From: Methanocaldococcus indicus
GTDB taxonomy: Archaea; AGJL01; Methanococci; Methanococcales; Methanocaldococcaceae
DNA: 64,000 nucleotides
Direction of reading: 5' to 3'
Assembly: GCF_049554935.1 (NCBI RefSeq)
Contig: NZ_CP186926.1
Span: 512,001 to 576,000, forward strand
In this document: positions 1 to 8,326 of the stretch, piece by piece
Position numbering within the stretch: position 1 is the first letter of the stretch
Layout: every line of letters starts with the position of its first letter
The notes under the pieces: generated by a model
Told to the model about the DNA's origin: nothing
The model's database searches: none
The model's input: only the letters and a program-made list of their open reading frames with translations
Position numbers and translations under genes: made by a program

Positions 1-223
1 ACTAAAAAAAGGTTTGTTAAATCCAGAAGGTAGAACTATAAAACAGGCATTAAACTTTTTAGGATTTAAAGAAGTGAAAGAAGTAGATAGCTATAAAATG
101 TTAGATTTGATTATAGATTTAGATGATGAAGAAGAGGTTAAGAAGAGAGTTGATGAAATGTGTAAAAAACTCCTTGCAAATCCTGTTATACACAACTATA
201 ATATAAAGATTGAGAAATTATGA
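1..223 (+). CDS. purS: Phosphoribosylformylglycinamidine synthase subunit PurS (5' part outside window)
   Basis: Frame is open from position 2 (LKKGLLNPEGRTI); C-terminal LLANPVIHNY motif. Confidence 0.92.
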   Translation, partial: LKKGLLNPEGRTIKQALNFLGFKEVKEVDSYKMLDLIIDLDDEEEVKKRVDEMCKKLLANPVIHNYNIKIEKL

Positions 224-789
224 GAATGATAGATTTATCCCATGAGATTATAAATTTTCCATATCCAGGAGATTTTGGATTGAAAATAAGAGAGGAGATT
301 GATGAATATATAACCTCTATTATTTGTTTTTCTTCTCATTTATCTACTCATATAGATTATCCTAAGCATGTTCATCTAAAAAATAAAGAGTATGATATTG
401 TTAAAGGTGTTGGCTATTGCATAAAATTAGAAGATTTAGATAAATTAAATAATATAGATAATAATATAGATATTCTCCTTATATATTCAGGATATTCAGA
501 ATTATGGAGAAAAGAGGAATATTTTAAAAAATATCCTAAAATTGATGTTAATAAAATTTTAGAACTAAATATAAAATGTGTTGGAGTTGATGCATGTTCA
601 ATTGGTGATTTTGAAGAGCACTATGTTTTACTATCTAACAACATCCTAATTATTGAGAATCTAAATTCCAATCTTAAACATCTAATAAATGAAAAATTCT
701 ATTTTTTAGGAGTTCCTCTAAAAATTAAAAATGTTGATGCTTCTCCAATTAGATGTTTTGCTATTAAAAACTTTAATTACAGGTTTTAA
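220..789 (+). CDS. Cyclase / kynurenine formamidase-like metal hydrolase
   Basis: IDLSH, HxxTHxDxPxH (HLSTHIDYPKH), IIENL and DASPIR motifs; ATGA overlap with purS. Confidence 0.85.
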   Translation: MRMIDLSHEIINFPYPGDFGLKIREEIDEYITSIICFSSHLSTHIDYPKHVHLKNKEYDIVKGVGYCIKLEDLDKLNNIDNNIDILLIYSGYSELWRKEEYFKKYPKIDVNKILELNIKCVGVDACSIGDFEEHYVLLSNNILIIENLNSNLKHLINEKFYFLGVPLKIKNVDASPIRCFAIKNFNYRF

Positions 790-810
790 TTTTTCCAATG
801 GATATTAATA

Positions 811-818
811 TTTATATA
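811..818 (+). promoter_or_regulatory. Candidate TATA box of hmd
   Basis: TTTATATA about 60 bp upstream of the hmd start; weak evidence in AT-rich DNA. Confidence 0.4.
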
Positions 819-875
819 CCTACTAAACGGATTATATAATATTAGGAAATAATAAAAAATTTTTTTGGTGATAGA

Positions 876-1907
876 ATGAAAGTTGCTGTTTTAGGAATAG
901 GATGTTACAGAACTCATGCTGCTGCAGGAATAACTAATTTTATGAGAGCTTCACAAGTTGCTAATGAAGTAAATAAACCAGAAATAGCTATGACACACTC
1001 CTCTATAACAATGGCTGCTGAATTATTACACTTATGTGATGAAGTTGATAAAGTAGTTGTATCTGACCCATGTTTTAAAGAAAATCCAGGATTAGTTATT
1101 ATTGATGAATTTGACCCTAAAGAAGTTATGGAAGCACATTTAAATGGAGAACCTGAAAAAGTTATGCCAAAAATTAGAGAAACTGTTTTAGCAAAAGCAA
1201 AAGAATTGCCAAAACCACCAAAAGCATGTATTCACTTTGTCCATCCAGAAGATGTAGGTTTAGAAGTTGCTGAAAGTGATAAAGAAGCTGTAGAAGATGC
1301 AGATTTAATAATAACATGGTTACCAAAAGGTAAAAAACAACCAGATATTATTAAAAACTTTATTGATGCAATTCCAGAAGGAGCTATAATAACACATGCA
1401 TGTACTATTCCAACAGTTAAATTTGCAAAAATCTTCAAAGATTTAGGAAGAGAAGATATAAATGTTACTTCCTACCACCCAGGATGTGTTCCAGAAATGA
1501 AAGGACAAGTTTATATTGCAGAAGGATATGCATCAGAGGAAGCTGTTAATAAAGTATATGAATTAGCTAAAAAAGCAAGAGGTAATGCATACAAATTACC
1601 AGCTGAGTTAATAAGTCCTGTCTGTGATATGGGTTCAGCTGTTACAGCAGTTGTATATGCAGGATTATTAGCTTATAGAGATGCAGTAACTAAAATATTA
1701 GGAGCTCCAGCAGATTTCGCTCAAATGATGGCAGAAGAGTCATTATCTAAATTGTTAGATTTAATGAAAGAAAAAGGTATATCAAATATGGAAGAAGTTT
1801 TAAACCCAGCTGCTTTATTAGGAACAGCTGACAGTATGTGCTTTGGACCATTAGAAGATATATTACCACATGCTCTAAAAGTTTTAGAAAAGCACAAAAA
1901 AGAATAA
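876..1907 (+). CDS. hmd: H2-forming methylene-H4MPT dehydrogenase ([Fe]-hydrogenase)
   Basis: GCYRTHAAAGITNF N-terminus, Fe-ligand HACTIPT, SYHPGCVPE, LLGTADSM; GGTGA RBS. Confidence 0.97.
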   Translation: MKVAVLGIGCYRTHAAAGITNFMRASQVANEVNKPEIAMTHSSITMAAELLHLCDEVDKVVVSDPCFKENPGLVIIDEFDPKEVMEAHLNGEPEKVMPKIRETVLAKAKELPKPPKACIHFVHPEDVGLEVAESDKEAVEDADLIITWLPKGKKQPDIIKNFIDAIPEGAIITHACTIPTVKFAKIFKDLGREDINVTSYHPGCVPEMKGQVYIAEGYASEEAVNKVYELAKKARGNAYKLPAELISPVCDMGSAVTAVVYAGLLAYRDAVTKILGAPADFAQMMAEESLSKLLDLMKEKGISNMEEVLNPAALLGTADSMCFGPLEDILPHALKVLEKHKKE

Positions 1908-1910
1908 AAA

Positions 1911-2948
1911 CTAAATTAACTCTCTGATTATTTTTAATATTTCCTTACCTACTTCTTCTGTTTTTAAAGTTCCACCTAAATCAGGAGTTACTTTTTTGTT
2001 TAAGATACATCTTTTTACACTCTCCCTTATTATATCTCCTTTTTCTTTTTCATTTATATAATCAAAAATCATAGCTACTGATAAAATAGTAGCAAATGGA
2101 TTAGCTATACCTTTTCCAGCTATATCAGGAGCTGAACCATGAACTGGCTCAAATAAAGCTTTACCTTCACCAATATTAGCTGATGGAGCTAAACCTAAAC
2201 CTCCAATTAAAGCAGATGCTTCATCAGATAAAATATCTCCAAACATGTTAGTTGTTAGTATTATATCAAAATTCTCAGGATTTAATATAATTTTTAGAGC
2301 TGTAGAATCTACTAAACTGTCCTCAACCTCTATATCTTTATAGTTTTTAGCTACATTATAAAAACTTTCTAAAAATAGTCTATCAGTTAATCTTAATACA
2401 TTTGCCTTATGCACACAAGTTATTTTTTTTCTTTTGTTCTTTTTTGCATATTCAAATGAAAATTTAGCTATCCTTTCTGATGCCTCTCTTGTTATAACTC
2501 TTTTAGCTACTGCCTTATCTTCTCTCTCTTCCTCTTCCCCAACATACAAACATTCAGTATTTTCTCTTATAATAATAAAATCAATATTTTTAGCTGATAG
2601 ATATTTATATTCACCTAAATATCCCTCTATCCTTCCAATGCCAAAATTGTTTATTGGTCTAACATTTGCATAAAGGTTAAATATCTTTCTTAATGTTATT
2701 ATTGGGCTCTTATAGTTTTTAACTTCCCAAGGTTTAGGGGATGTTATAGCTCCAAATAAAATAATATCTGCTTTTTTAGCTTTTTCTATTGTTTCATCTG
2801 GGAGAAAAGAATTATTTTTTTTATAACATTCATATCCAGCTTCTCCAAAATCAATTTTAAAATTTCCTAACTCTTCTAAAACTCTTACACCAATTGGGAC
2901 TACTTCCTTTCCAATACCATCTCCTTCAATAACTAAAACTTTCTTCAT
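1911..2948 (-). CDS. aksF: Homoisocitrate dehydrogenase (coenzyme B pathway), isocitrate/isopropylmalate dehydrogenase family
   Basis: EGDGIGKEV, ITSPKP..KNYKSPIITLRK, NMFGDILSDE, FEPVHGSAPDIAG. Confidence 0.85.
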   Translation of the reverse strand: MKKVLVIEGDGIGKEVVPIGVRVLEELGNFKIDFGEAGYECYKKNNSFLPDETIEKAKKADIILFGAITSPKPWEVKNYKSPIITLRKIFNLYANVRPINNFGIGRIEGYLGEYKYLSAKNIDFIIIRENTECLYVGEEEEREDKAVAKRVITREASERIAKFSFEYAKKNKRKKITCVHKANVLRLTDRLFLESFYNVAKNYKDIEVEDSLVDSTALKIILNPENFDIILTTNMFGDILSDEASALIGGLGLAPSANIGEGKALFEPVHGSAPDIAGKGIANPFATILSVAMIFDYINEKEKGDIIRESVKRCILNKKVTPDLGGTLKTEEVGKEILKIIRELI

Positions 2949-3766
2949 ATTTCTAAACCTCTTTTTCTTAGTTCTTCATAAATTTCTTTTGGAACTTCTG
3001 GCTTTTTTATATGCTCCTTTGCCTTCTCTTTATCCAACAACCCTAACCTTACTAATGTTGCTACCCTATCTATTTCAAAACTAAAACCATACTTTTCATA
3101 AAATCTTTCTAATGCTACTCCTAAAACTAAGCAGTTAGTTGTATATCCATATAAATTAGGTTTTTTAAAAGGTAAATTTTCTAATAACTTATATTTTTCA
3201 TCTTCCTTAATTTTGTAAGGTGAGAGTAATCTAACCATCTTTATTCCTTCTTTCATATCTCTTATTGCAGAATGTCCAAAAGGTATCTCATGCCCAGTGA
3301 ATATATACTTTATGTTAAATCTTTTAGCAACTCTCCACACTTCTCTTAAAATTAACCTTGAACATCTCCTACAAGGACTTTCTCCTTTCTTTATAACTTC
3401 ATTAAATAGTTGTGTAAAATCTTTATTAATAATAAATAAGTCTACTCCATAGTAGTTAGTTATATTAATGGCATTCTCAATAGCATTTTGAGATAAATAT
3501 TTGTTATTAACTAAGACACATAATGGTTTTATTTTAAATTTTTCAACTAAAATTTTTAGAGCTATAATACTATCTTTTCCTCCAGAAAAAGCTAAAATAC
3601 ATGGATATTTTTTATTTTTATCTAAATTCTTTATAACCTCTTCAACTTCTTTTTTTAGTTTATCAAAATCTATTGGATATTTTTTATATGTGAGACAATC
3701 AATACACAAATCTCCAATTATCTTTTTAGTTTTTTCAGTGTGAATACAAATTTTACACTCTTTCAT
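2945..3766 (-). CDS. PP-loop ATPase family protein with Cys motifs
   Basis: AFSGGKDS PP-loop, N-terminal CxxC...CxxC, central PCRRC. Confidence 0.8.
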   Translation of the reverse strand: MKECKICIHTEKTKKIIGDLCIDCLTYKKYPIDFDKLKKEVEEVIKNLDKNKKYPCILAFSGGKDSIIALKILVEKFKIKPLCVLVNNKYLSQNAIENAINITNYYGVDLFIINKDFTQLFNEVIKKGESPCRRCSRLILREVWRVAKRFNIKYIFTGHEIPFGHSAIRDMKEGIKMVRLLSPYKIKEDEKYKLLENLPFKKPNLYGYTTNCLVLGVALERFYEKYGFSFEIDRVATLVRLGLLDKEKAKEHIKKPEVPKEIYEELRKRGLEI

Positions 3767-3781
3767 TATGGTTCACTCTTA

Positions 3782-3900
3782 AGGTTGGTTGTTGAAAAAT
3801 TATAGATATGGCAAAAAATTTAGTTTTCAGGACACATATTATAGCTTTTAATTTAGATTTTTCATTTGATTATGTTTTATTTCAGGTTGGTTGAAAAATT
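3782..3900. mobile_element. Decayed MITE-like remnant related to the IS at 26526-27081
   Basis: 3787-3824 GGTTGTTGAAAAATTATAGATATGGCAAAAAATTTAGT vs 26527-26562 GGTTGTCGAAAAATTATAGGATGGAAAAAATTTAGT; AGGTTGGTTGAAAAATT recurs at 3884-3900. Confidence 0.65.
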
Positions 3901-4044
3901 GGAAATAAAGTATTAAAGAATTATTGTCAATTAGGATTTATCATAGTTAATTAAAAGGCTATTAAAGATTTAGAGGTAAGGATATAAATTATAAGATAAC
4001 CTTAAAATTATGCACATTCCATAAAAAAATTTTTGTTGATAAAT

Positions 4045-5172
4045 ATGAAGTTTTATGCAACACTCTCACCAGGATTGGAAGAGATAGCAAAGGAAGACGT
4101 TATTAACTTAGGAGGAAAGATTTTAGAGGTTAGGGAAGGAAAAGGTAGGATATTTTTTAAAGGTAAAGAGGAGTTAATAGCAAAAACAAACTACTTATCA
4201 AGGACATTAGAAAGAATAAACATTCTTCTACATAGAGAAAAAGTGGAAAACTTAGAAGATATATATAAAATAATATATAATATAGATTGGAGTTTTATTG
4301 ATGAAAATCAAAGTTTTGCTATAAGACCTTTAAGAGTGGGGGTGCATAACTTTACATCAATAGATATCGGAAGAGTTGCAGGAGAAGCTTTAATAAAATC
4401 ATATCAAAAAGACAAAAATGTAAGATTGAAAGTAAATTTAGATAATCCTGATGTTATTGTTAGGGTAGAGTTAATATTTAATGAGCTATTAGTTGGTTTA
4501 GATACAACTGGGGATGTAGCATTAGATAAAAGAGGATGGAGAGTTTTTAATCATCCAGCACATTTAAATGCTACAATTGCTGCAAGTTTAGTTTATTTCT
4601 CAAATTTCAAAGATGATGAAACTTTGTTAGATGTTATGTGTGGTAGTGGAACTATTCCAATTGAAGCAGCTCTTTTAAAGAGAAATATCCCTCCTGGAAT
4701 ATTTAGAGAGAAAAAATATTCTTTTCAATTTTTAAAATTGTTTGGATATAACCTTTTAAATAAAATAAAAGAAAACATCTCAATGAATAATAATATTTAC
4801 AATATATATGGTTTTGATAAAAATCCTAAGTTTATAGATGGAGCTAAAGAAAATGCAAACAATGCAAATGTGTTAGATACAATTAATTTTGATGTAGGAG
4901 ATGCCGAACATTTTAATATGAAGTTTGATATTATTATAACAAATCCACCTTATGGTATAAGAATGGGAAGAAAGAAGTATATAAAAAAGCTTTATGAAAA
5001 TTTTTTATCATCAGCAAAGAAAAATATGCATGGAGATGCAAGAATTATTGTAATAACTGCTGAAACAAAACTGTTTAAAGATGCTATATATAAAAATAAT
5101 TTAGAAATAAAAAAGAATTTCAAAGTTATGTTTGGTGGTTTATTAACTGAGGTTTTTTATTTGACTTTATAA
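4045..5172 (+). CDS. trm14: tRNA (guanine-6-N2) methyltransferase, THUMP + Rossmann methyltransferase
   Basis: ATLSPGLE, THUMP region, LDKRGWR, DVMCGSGTIPIE, NPPYG. Confidence 0.88.
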   Translation: MKFYATLSPGLEEIAKEDVINLGGKILEVREGKGRIFFKGKEELIAKTNYLSRTLERINILLHREKVENLEDIYKIIYNIDWSFIDENQSFAIRPLRVGVHNFTSIDIGRVAGEALIKSYQKDKNVRLKVNLDNPDVIVRVELIFNELLVGLDTTGDVALDKRGWRVFNHPAHLNATIAASLVYFSNFKDDETLLDVMCGSGTIPIEAALLKRNIPPGIFREKKYSFQFLKLFGYNLLNKIKENISMNNNIYNIYGFDKNPKFIDGAKENANNANVLDTINFDVGDAEHFNMKFDIIITNPPYGIRMGRKKYIKKLYENFLSSAKKNMHGDARIIVITAETKLFKDAIYKNNLEIKKNFKVMFGGLLTEVFYLTL

Positions 5173-5607
5173 TAATCTAATATCAAATTGACAAAAATCA
5201 TGTCCTAAACCTGCACAATGTGTCTCCTTTGCAATTACTTTCTTATTTAATAAGTTCTCTAAACAACCTGCAATAAATCCTCCTTCAAAATAGCATAAAG
5301 TTTCACCCACATCTGGAAGTCCAGAACAAGATATACATTCATATACTCTTATCTTTAAAGGTTCTTTATTAACTATCTCAACCTTACCAATTTTAAACTT
5401 TTCACAAAATTTTATAATATCTTCAATAGATGATAACTCCAAAGATTTCCCAAAACTTTTTCCACACTGATAAATAATCATATTAGCACTTTTTCCTAAA
5501 TATCTATCTAAGTCCATATATCTAATAATCCTAAATATTGCAATGTCTATATTATTTCCAAATGACTTTCTATTATTTTTAGATAACTCATGAACATTAA
5601 ATTTCAT
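5167..5607 (-). CDS. Stand-alone V4R domain protein
   Basis: ECISC..LP..G..LCYFEGGFIAG and ETHC..LG...CQF V4R pattern. Confidence 0.88.
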   Translation of the reverse strand: MKFNVHELSKNNRKSFGNNIDIAIFRIIRYMDLDRYLGKSANMIIYQCGKSFGKSLELSSIEDIIKFCEKFKIGKVEIVNKEPLKIRVYECISCSGLPDVGETLCYFEGGFIAGCLENLLNKKVIAKETHCAGLGHDFCQFDIRLL

Positions 5608-5678
5608 AATATCCTCTATAAAAATATTTGTTAAAATTTTCTTTAGATTTTATATATAAAGTTTATCATGTGTTAAAT

Positions 5679-6977
5679 ATGACAATCTTAGACTTAACTA
5701 AGTATAAAATGATTACAAATGTGGAAAATAAGGGAAGTAAATTAATTTTAGAAATAAACAAGAATTATTTTGTTGAAGTAGAAATTTCTTATGAAGAAGT
5801 AGAAATTTTAGATAATGGTATTTTAAAGATTAATGCTCATCCAAAAAGAGCTGAGAATTTAAAGATGGGAATTTTAAATTTGATATCTTACAAAATAGCC
5901 AACAATTTAAAAAGTAAAATTACAAATAGAAGAGTTATTTATATAAATGAACCAATTCCATTAATAGGGCATACAGCTTTTGGTTTAATAGACAGGGGAA
6001 GAAATATAATTCAAGTTAGAGGGCACTGTGGATGCAATATGAACTGTATATTTTGCTCAGTTGATGAAGGGAAATACTCTAAAACAAGGAAAAATGATTA
6101 TTATGTTGATTTAGATTATTTAGTTAAAGAATATAAAAAATTAGCTGAATTTAAAGGAAATTATAAATTAGAGAGTCATTTAGATGGACAGGGAGAACCA
6201 TCACTTTATTATCCTTTAGTTGATTTAGTTCAGGAGTTGAATGATATTAATAAAGATGGAATTGTAACAATGCAAAGTAATGGAGTCCCTCTTACTTATA
6301 AGTTAATTGATGAGTTGGAAGAGGTAGGACTACATAGAATAAATCTCTCTATTAATGCAATTGATGAGAAAATGGCTAAACTTTTAGCAGGAGATAGAAA
6401 TTATAACATAGAGAAAATATTAGATATAGCTGAATATATAAAAAATTCTAAAATTCATCTTTTAGTAGCCCCTATCCTTTTACCAAATATAAATGATGAA
6501 GAATTTAAAAAAGTAATAGATTACACTATAAATTTAGATTTAAGAATAAAACAAAATGTTATAAACCCATTAACAGGAAAAAAAGACCCTATTTTAGGAT
6601 GTCAATTGTGTGAAATATACCCATTAGGAAGAAAGCCTAAAAAAATGAAAGTATGGAACTATAAAAAATTTTATTCATTGTTGGAGAGTTATGAAAATGA
6701 ATACAAAAAAAAGGGAATAGATGTAAAGTTAAAACTAAAACCAGAAGATTTTGGAACACATAAAAGGAAAAAATTACCTTATGTATTTAAATTAGGTGAG
6801 AAGGTTTTAGTTGATGTAGTTTTAGATGGGAGAGTAAAAGGAGAAGTTTTAGGAGTAGCAAATAATAGAATCATTCAAATAATCAACTGTAAGAATGAAG
6901 ATAAATTAATAGGAGAAAAGGTAAGAGTTAGAATTTTAAGAAATAAAGATAATATATATGTTGGAGAGATTTGTTGA
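5679..6977 (+). CDS. Radical SAM protein with C-terminal TRAM-like domain
   Basis: CNMNCIFC CxxxCxxC motif, DGQGEP, C-terminal GEKVRVRILRNKDNIYVG. Confidence 0.85.
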   Translation: MTILDLTKYKMITNVENKGSKLILEINKNYFVEVEISYEEVEILDNGILKINAHPKRAENLKMGILNLISYKIANNLKSKITNRRVIYINEPIPLIGHTAFGLIDRGRNIIQVRGHCGCNMNCIFCSVDEGKYSKTRKNDYYVDLDYLVKEYKKLAEFKGNYKLESHLDGQGEPSLYYPLVDLVQELNDINKDGIVTMQSNGVPLTYKLIDELEEVGLHRINLSINAIDEKMAKLLAGDRNYNIEKILDIAEYIKNSKIHLLVAPILLPNINDEEFKKVIDYTINLDLRIKQNVINPLTGKKDPILGCQLCEIYPLGRKPKKMKVWNYKKFYSLLESYENEYKKKGIDVKLKLKPEDFGTHKRKKLPYVFKLGEKVLVDVVLDGRVKGEVLGVANNRIIQIINCKNEDKLIGEKVRVRILRNKDNIYVGEIC

Positions 6978-6986
6978 GGGAGAATT

Positions 6987-7541
6987 ATGAAAAAACTAAT
7001 TATCCCTTTAATATCATTTTTAATGTTGTGTGGCTGTTTAAATAATCATCATGAGTTAAGAGTAGATGGGCATGAATTTAAATACTACTACTATGGAAAA
7101 GTTGTTAAAGTTGTTGATGGAGACACAGTATATGTTGATGTTAATGGAGAACTTTGGAAAATAAGACTTTTAGGAGTAGATACTCCTGAAATACACAAAA
7201 AAAATAATCCTTATGAATACTATCTCCTAAATGGAACTCCTATAACAAACACAACCTACCTAAAACTTTGGGGATATAAAGCAAAGCATTTTGCTGAAAG
7301 AGAACTTTTAAACAAAGAAGTCATAATAGTATTTGATAAAAATCTTCAAAAAGATAGATATGGTAGATACTTAGCATATATCTATTTAAATGAATCTGGA
7401 CATTTAGTTAATTTTAATGAACTTCTTCTAAAAGAGGGATATGCAAGAGTCTATATTTCTGATTTTTCTCTAAAAAATGAGTTTTTAAAAATTGAGAGAG
7501 AAGCAAAAGAGAGAAGAGTTGGCTTATGGGGATATAACTGA
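6987..7541 (+). CDS. Thermonuclease (staphylococcal nuclease-like), probably lipid-anchored
   Basis: VVDGDT, IRLLGVDTPE, DRYGRYLAY, LLKEGYA; hydrophobic N-terminus ending LCGC. Confidence 0.92.
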   Translation: MKKLIIPLISFLMLCGCLNNHHELRVDGHEFKYYYYGKVVKVVDGDTVYVDVNGELWKIRLLGVDTPEIHKKNNPYEYYLLNGTPITNTTYLKLWGYKAKHFAERELLNKEVIIVFDKNLQKDRYGRYLAYIYLNESGHLVNFNELLLKEGYARVYISDFSLKNEFLKIEREAKERRVGLWGYN

Positions 7542-7553
7542 ATAAGGGAAACT

Positions 7554-8324
7554 ATGAACCTTTTAGATGTTCTTATACTATCTTTTGTAGAGGGAGTAAC
7601 TGAATTTTTACCTATATCTTCAACTGGACATTTAATTGTTATAAGTTATTTAATGAATATTAAGAGTAATATTACTTTTGATATTGTTATTCAATTGGGA
7701 GCTATTTTGGCAGTTATATATGAATACTCTAACTATTTAAAGAAAGATTTAGATATATGGATTAAGGTATTAATCTCTTTTATACCAATAGGTATTTTAG
7801 GATTCCTACTAAATGACTTTATTGAAAAATATTTATTTAATCCAATAGTTGTGAGTTTTGCCTTTATAGTTGGAGGAATTATTTTTATTATAGTTGAGAA
7901 ATATTATAAAGAGGAGAATAGAATTAACAACTTAAAAGATATTAGTTATAAAAAAGCTTTTTTTATTGGAATTTTTCAAGCATTTTCTTTAATTCCAGGA
8001 ACTTCAAGGAGTGGAGCTACAATAATAGGGGGATTATTACTAAATTTAAATAGAAAAGTAGCTGTAGAATTTTCATTTTTATCAGCTATTCCTGTTATGG
8101 TTATTGCTTCTTTATATATTATAGTTAAAAATTATCACTCTCTAAATTTTAATGAGAAATTTAATATACTCTTAGGATTTATATTGTCTTTTGTTATTGC
8201 TCTGATAACAATAAGAATATTTTTAAGATATATCAAAAATCATAGTTTTGTAATTTTTGGTATTTATAGGATTCTGTTTGGAATATTGATTTTGCTATTG
8301 TATTATAGAATTTTAGGGTTTTAA
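7554..8324 (+). CDS. uppP: Undecaprenyl-diphosphate phosphatase (BacA family)
   Basis: EGVTEFLPISSTGHL and IPGTSRSGATI signature motifs; multi-TM. Confidence 0.93.
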   Translation: MNLLDVLILSFVEGVTEFLPISSTGHLIVISYLMNIKSNITFDIVIQLGAILAVIYEYSNYLKKDLDIWIKVLISFIPIGILGFLLNDFIEKYLFNPIVVSFAFIVGGIIFIIVEKYYKEENRINNLKDISYKKAFFIGIFQAFSLIPGTSRSGATIIGGLLLNLNRKVAVEFSFLSAIPVMVIASLYIIVKNYHSLNFNEKFNILLGFILSFVIALITIRIFLRYIKNHSFVIFGIYRILFGILILLLYYRILGF

Positions 8325-8326
8325 TT

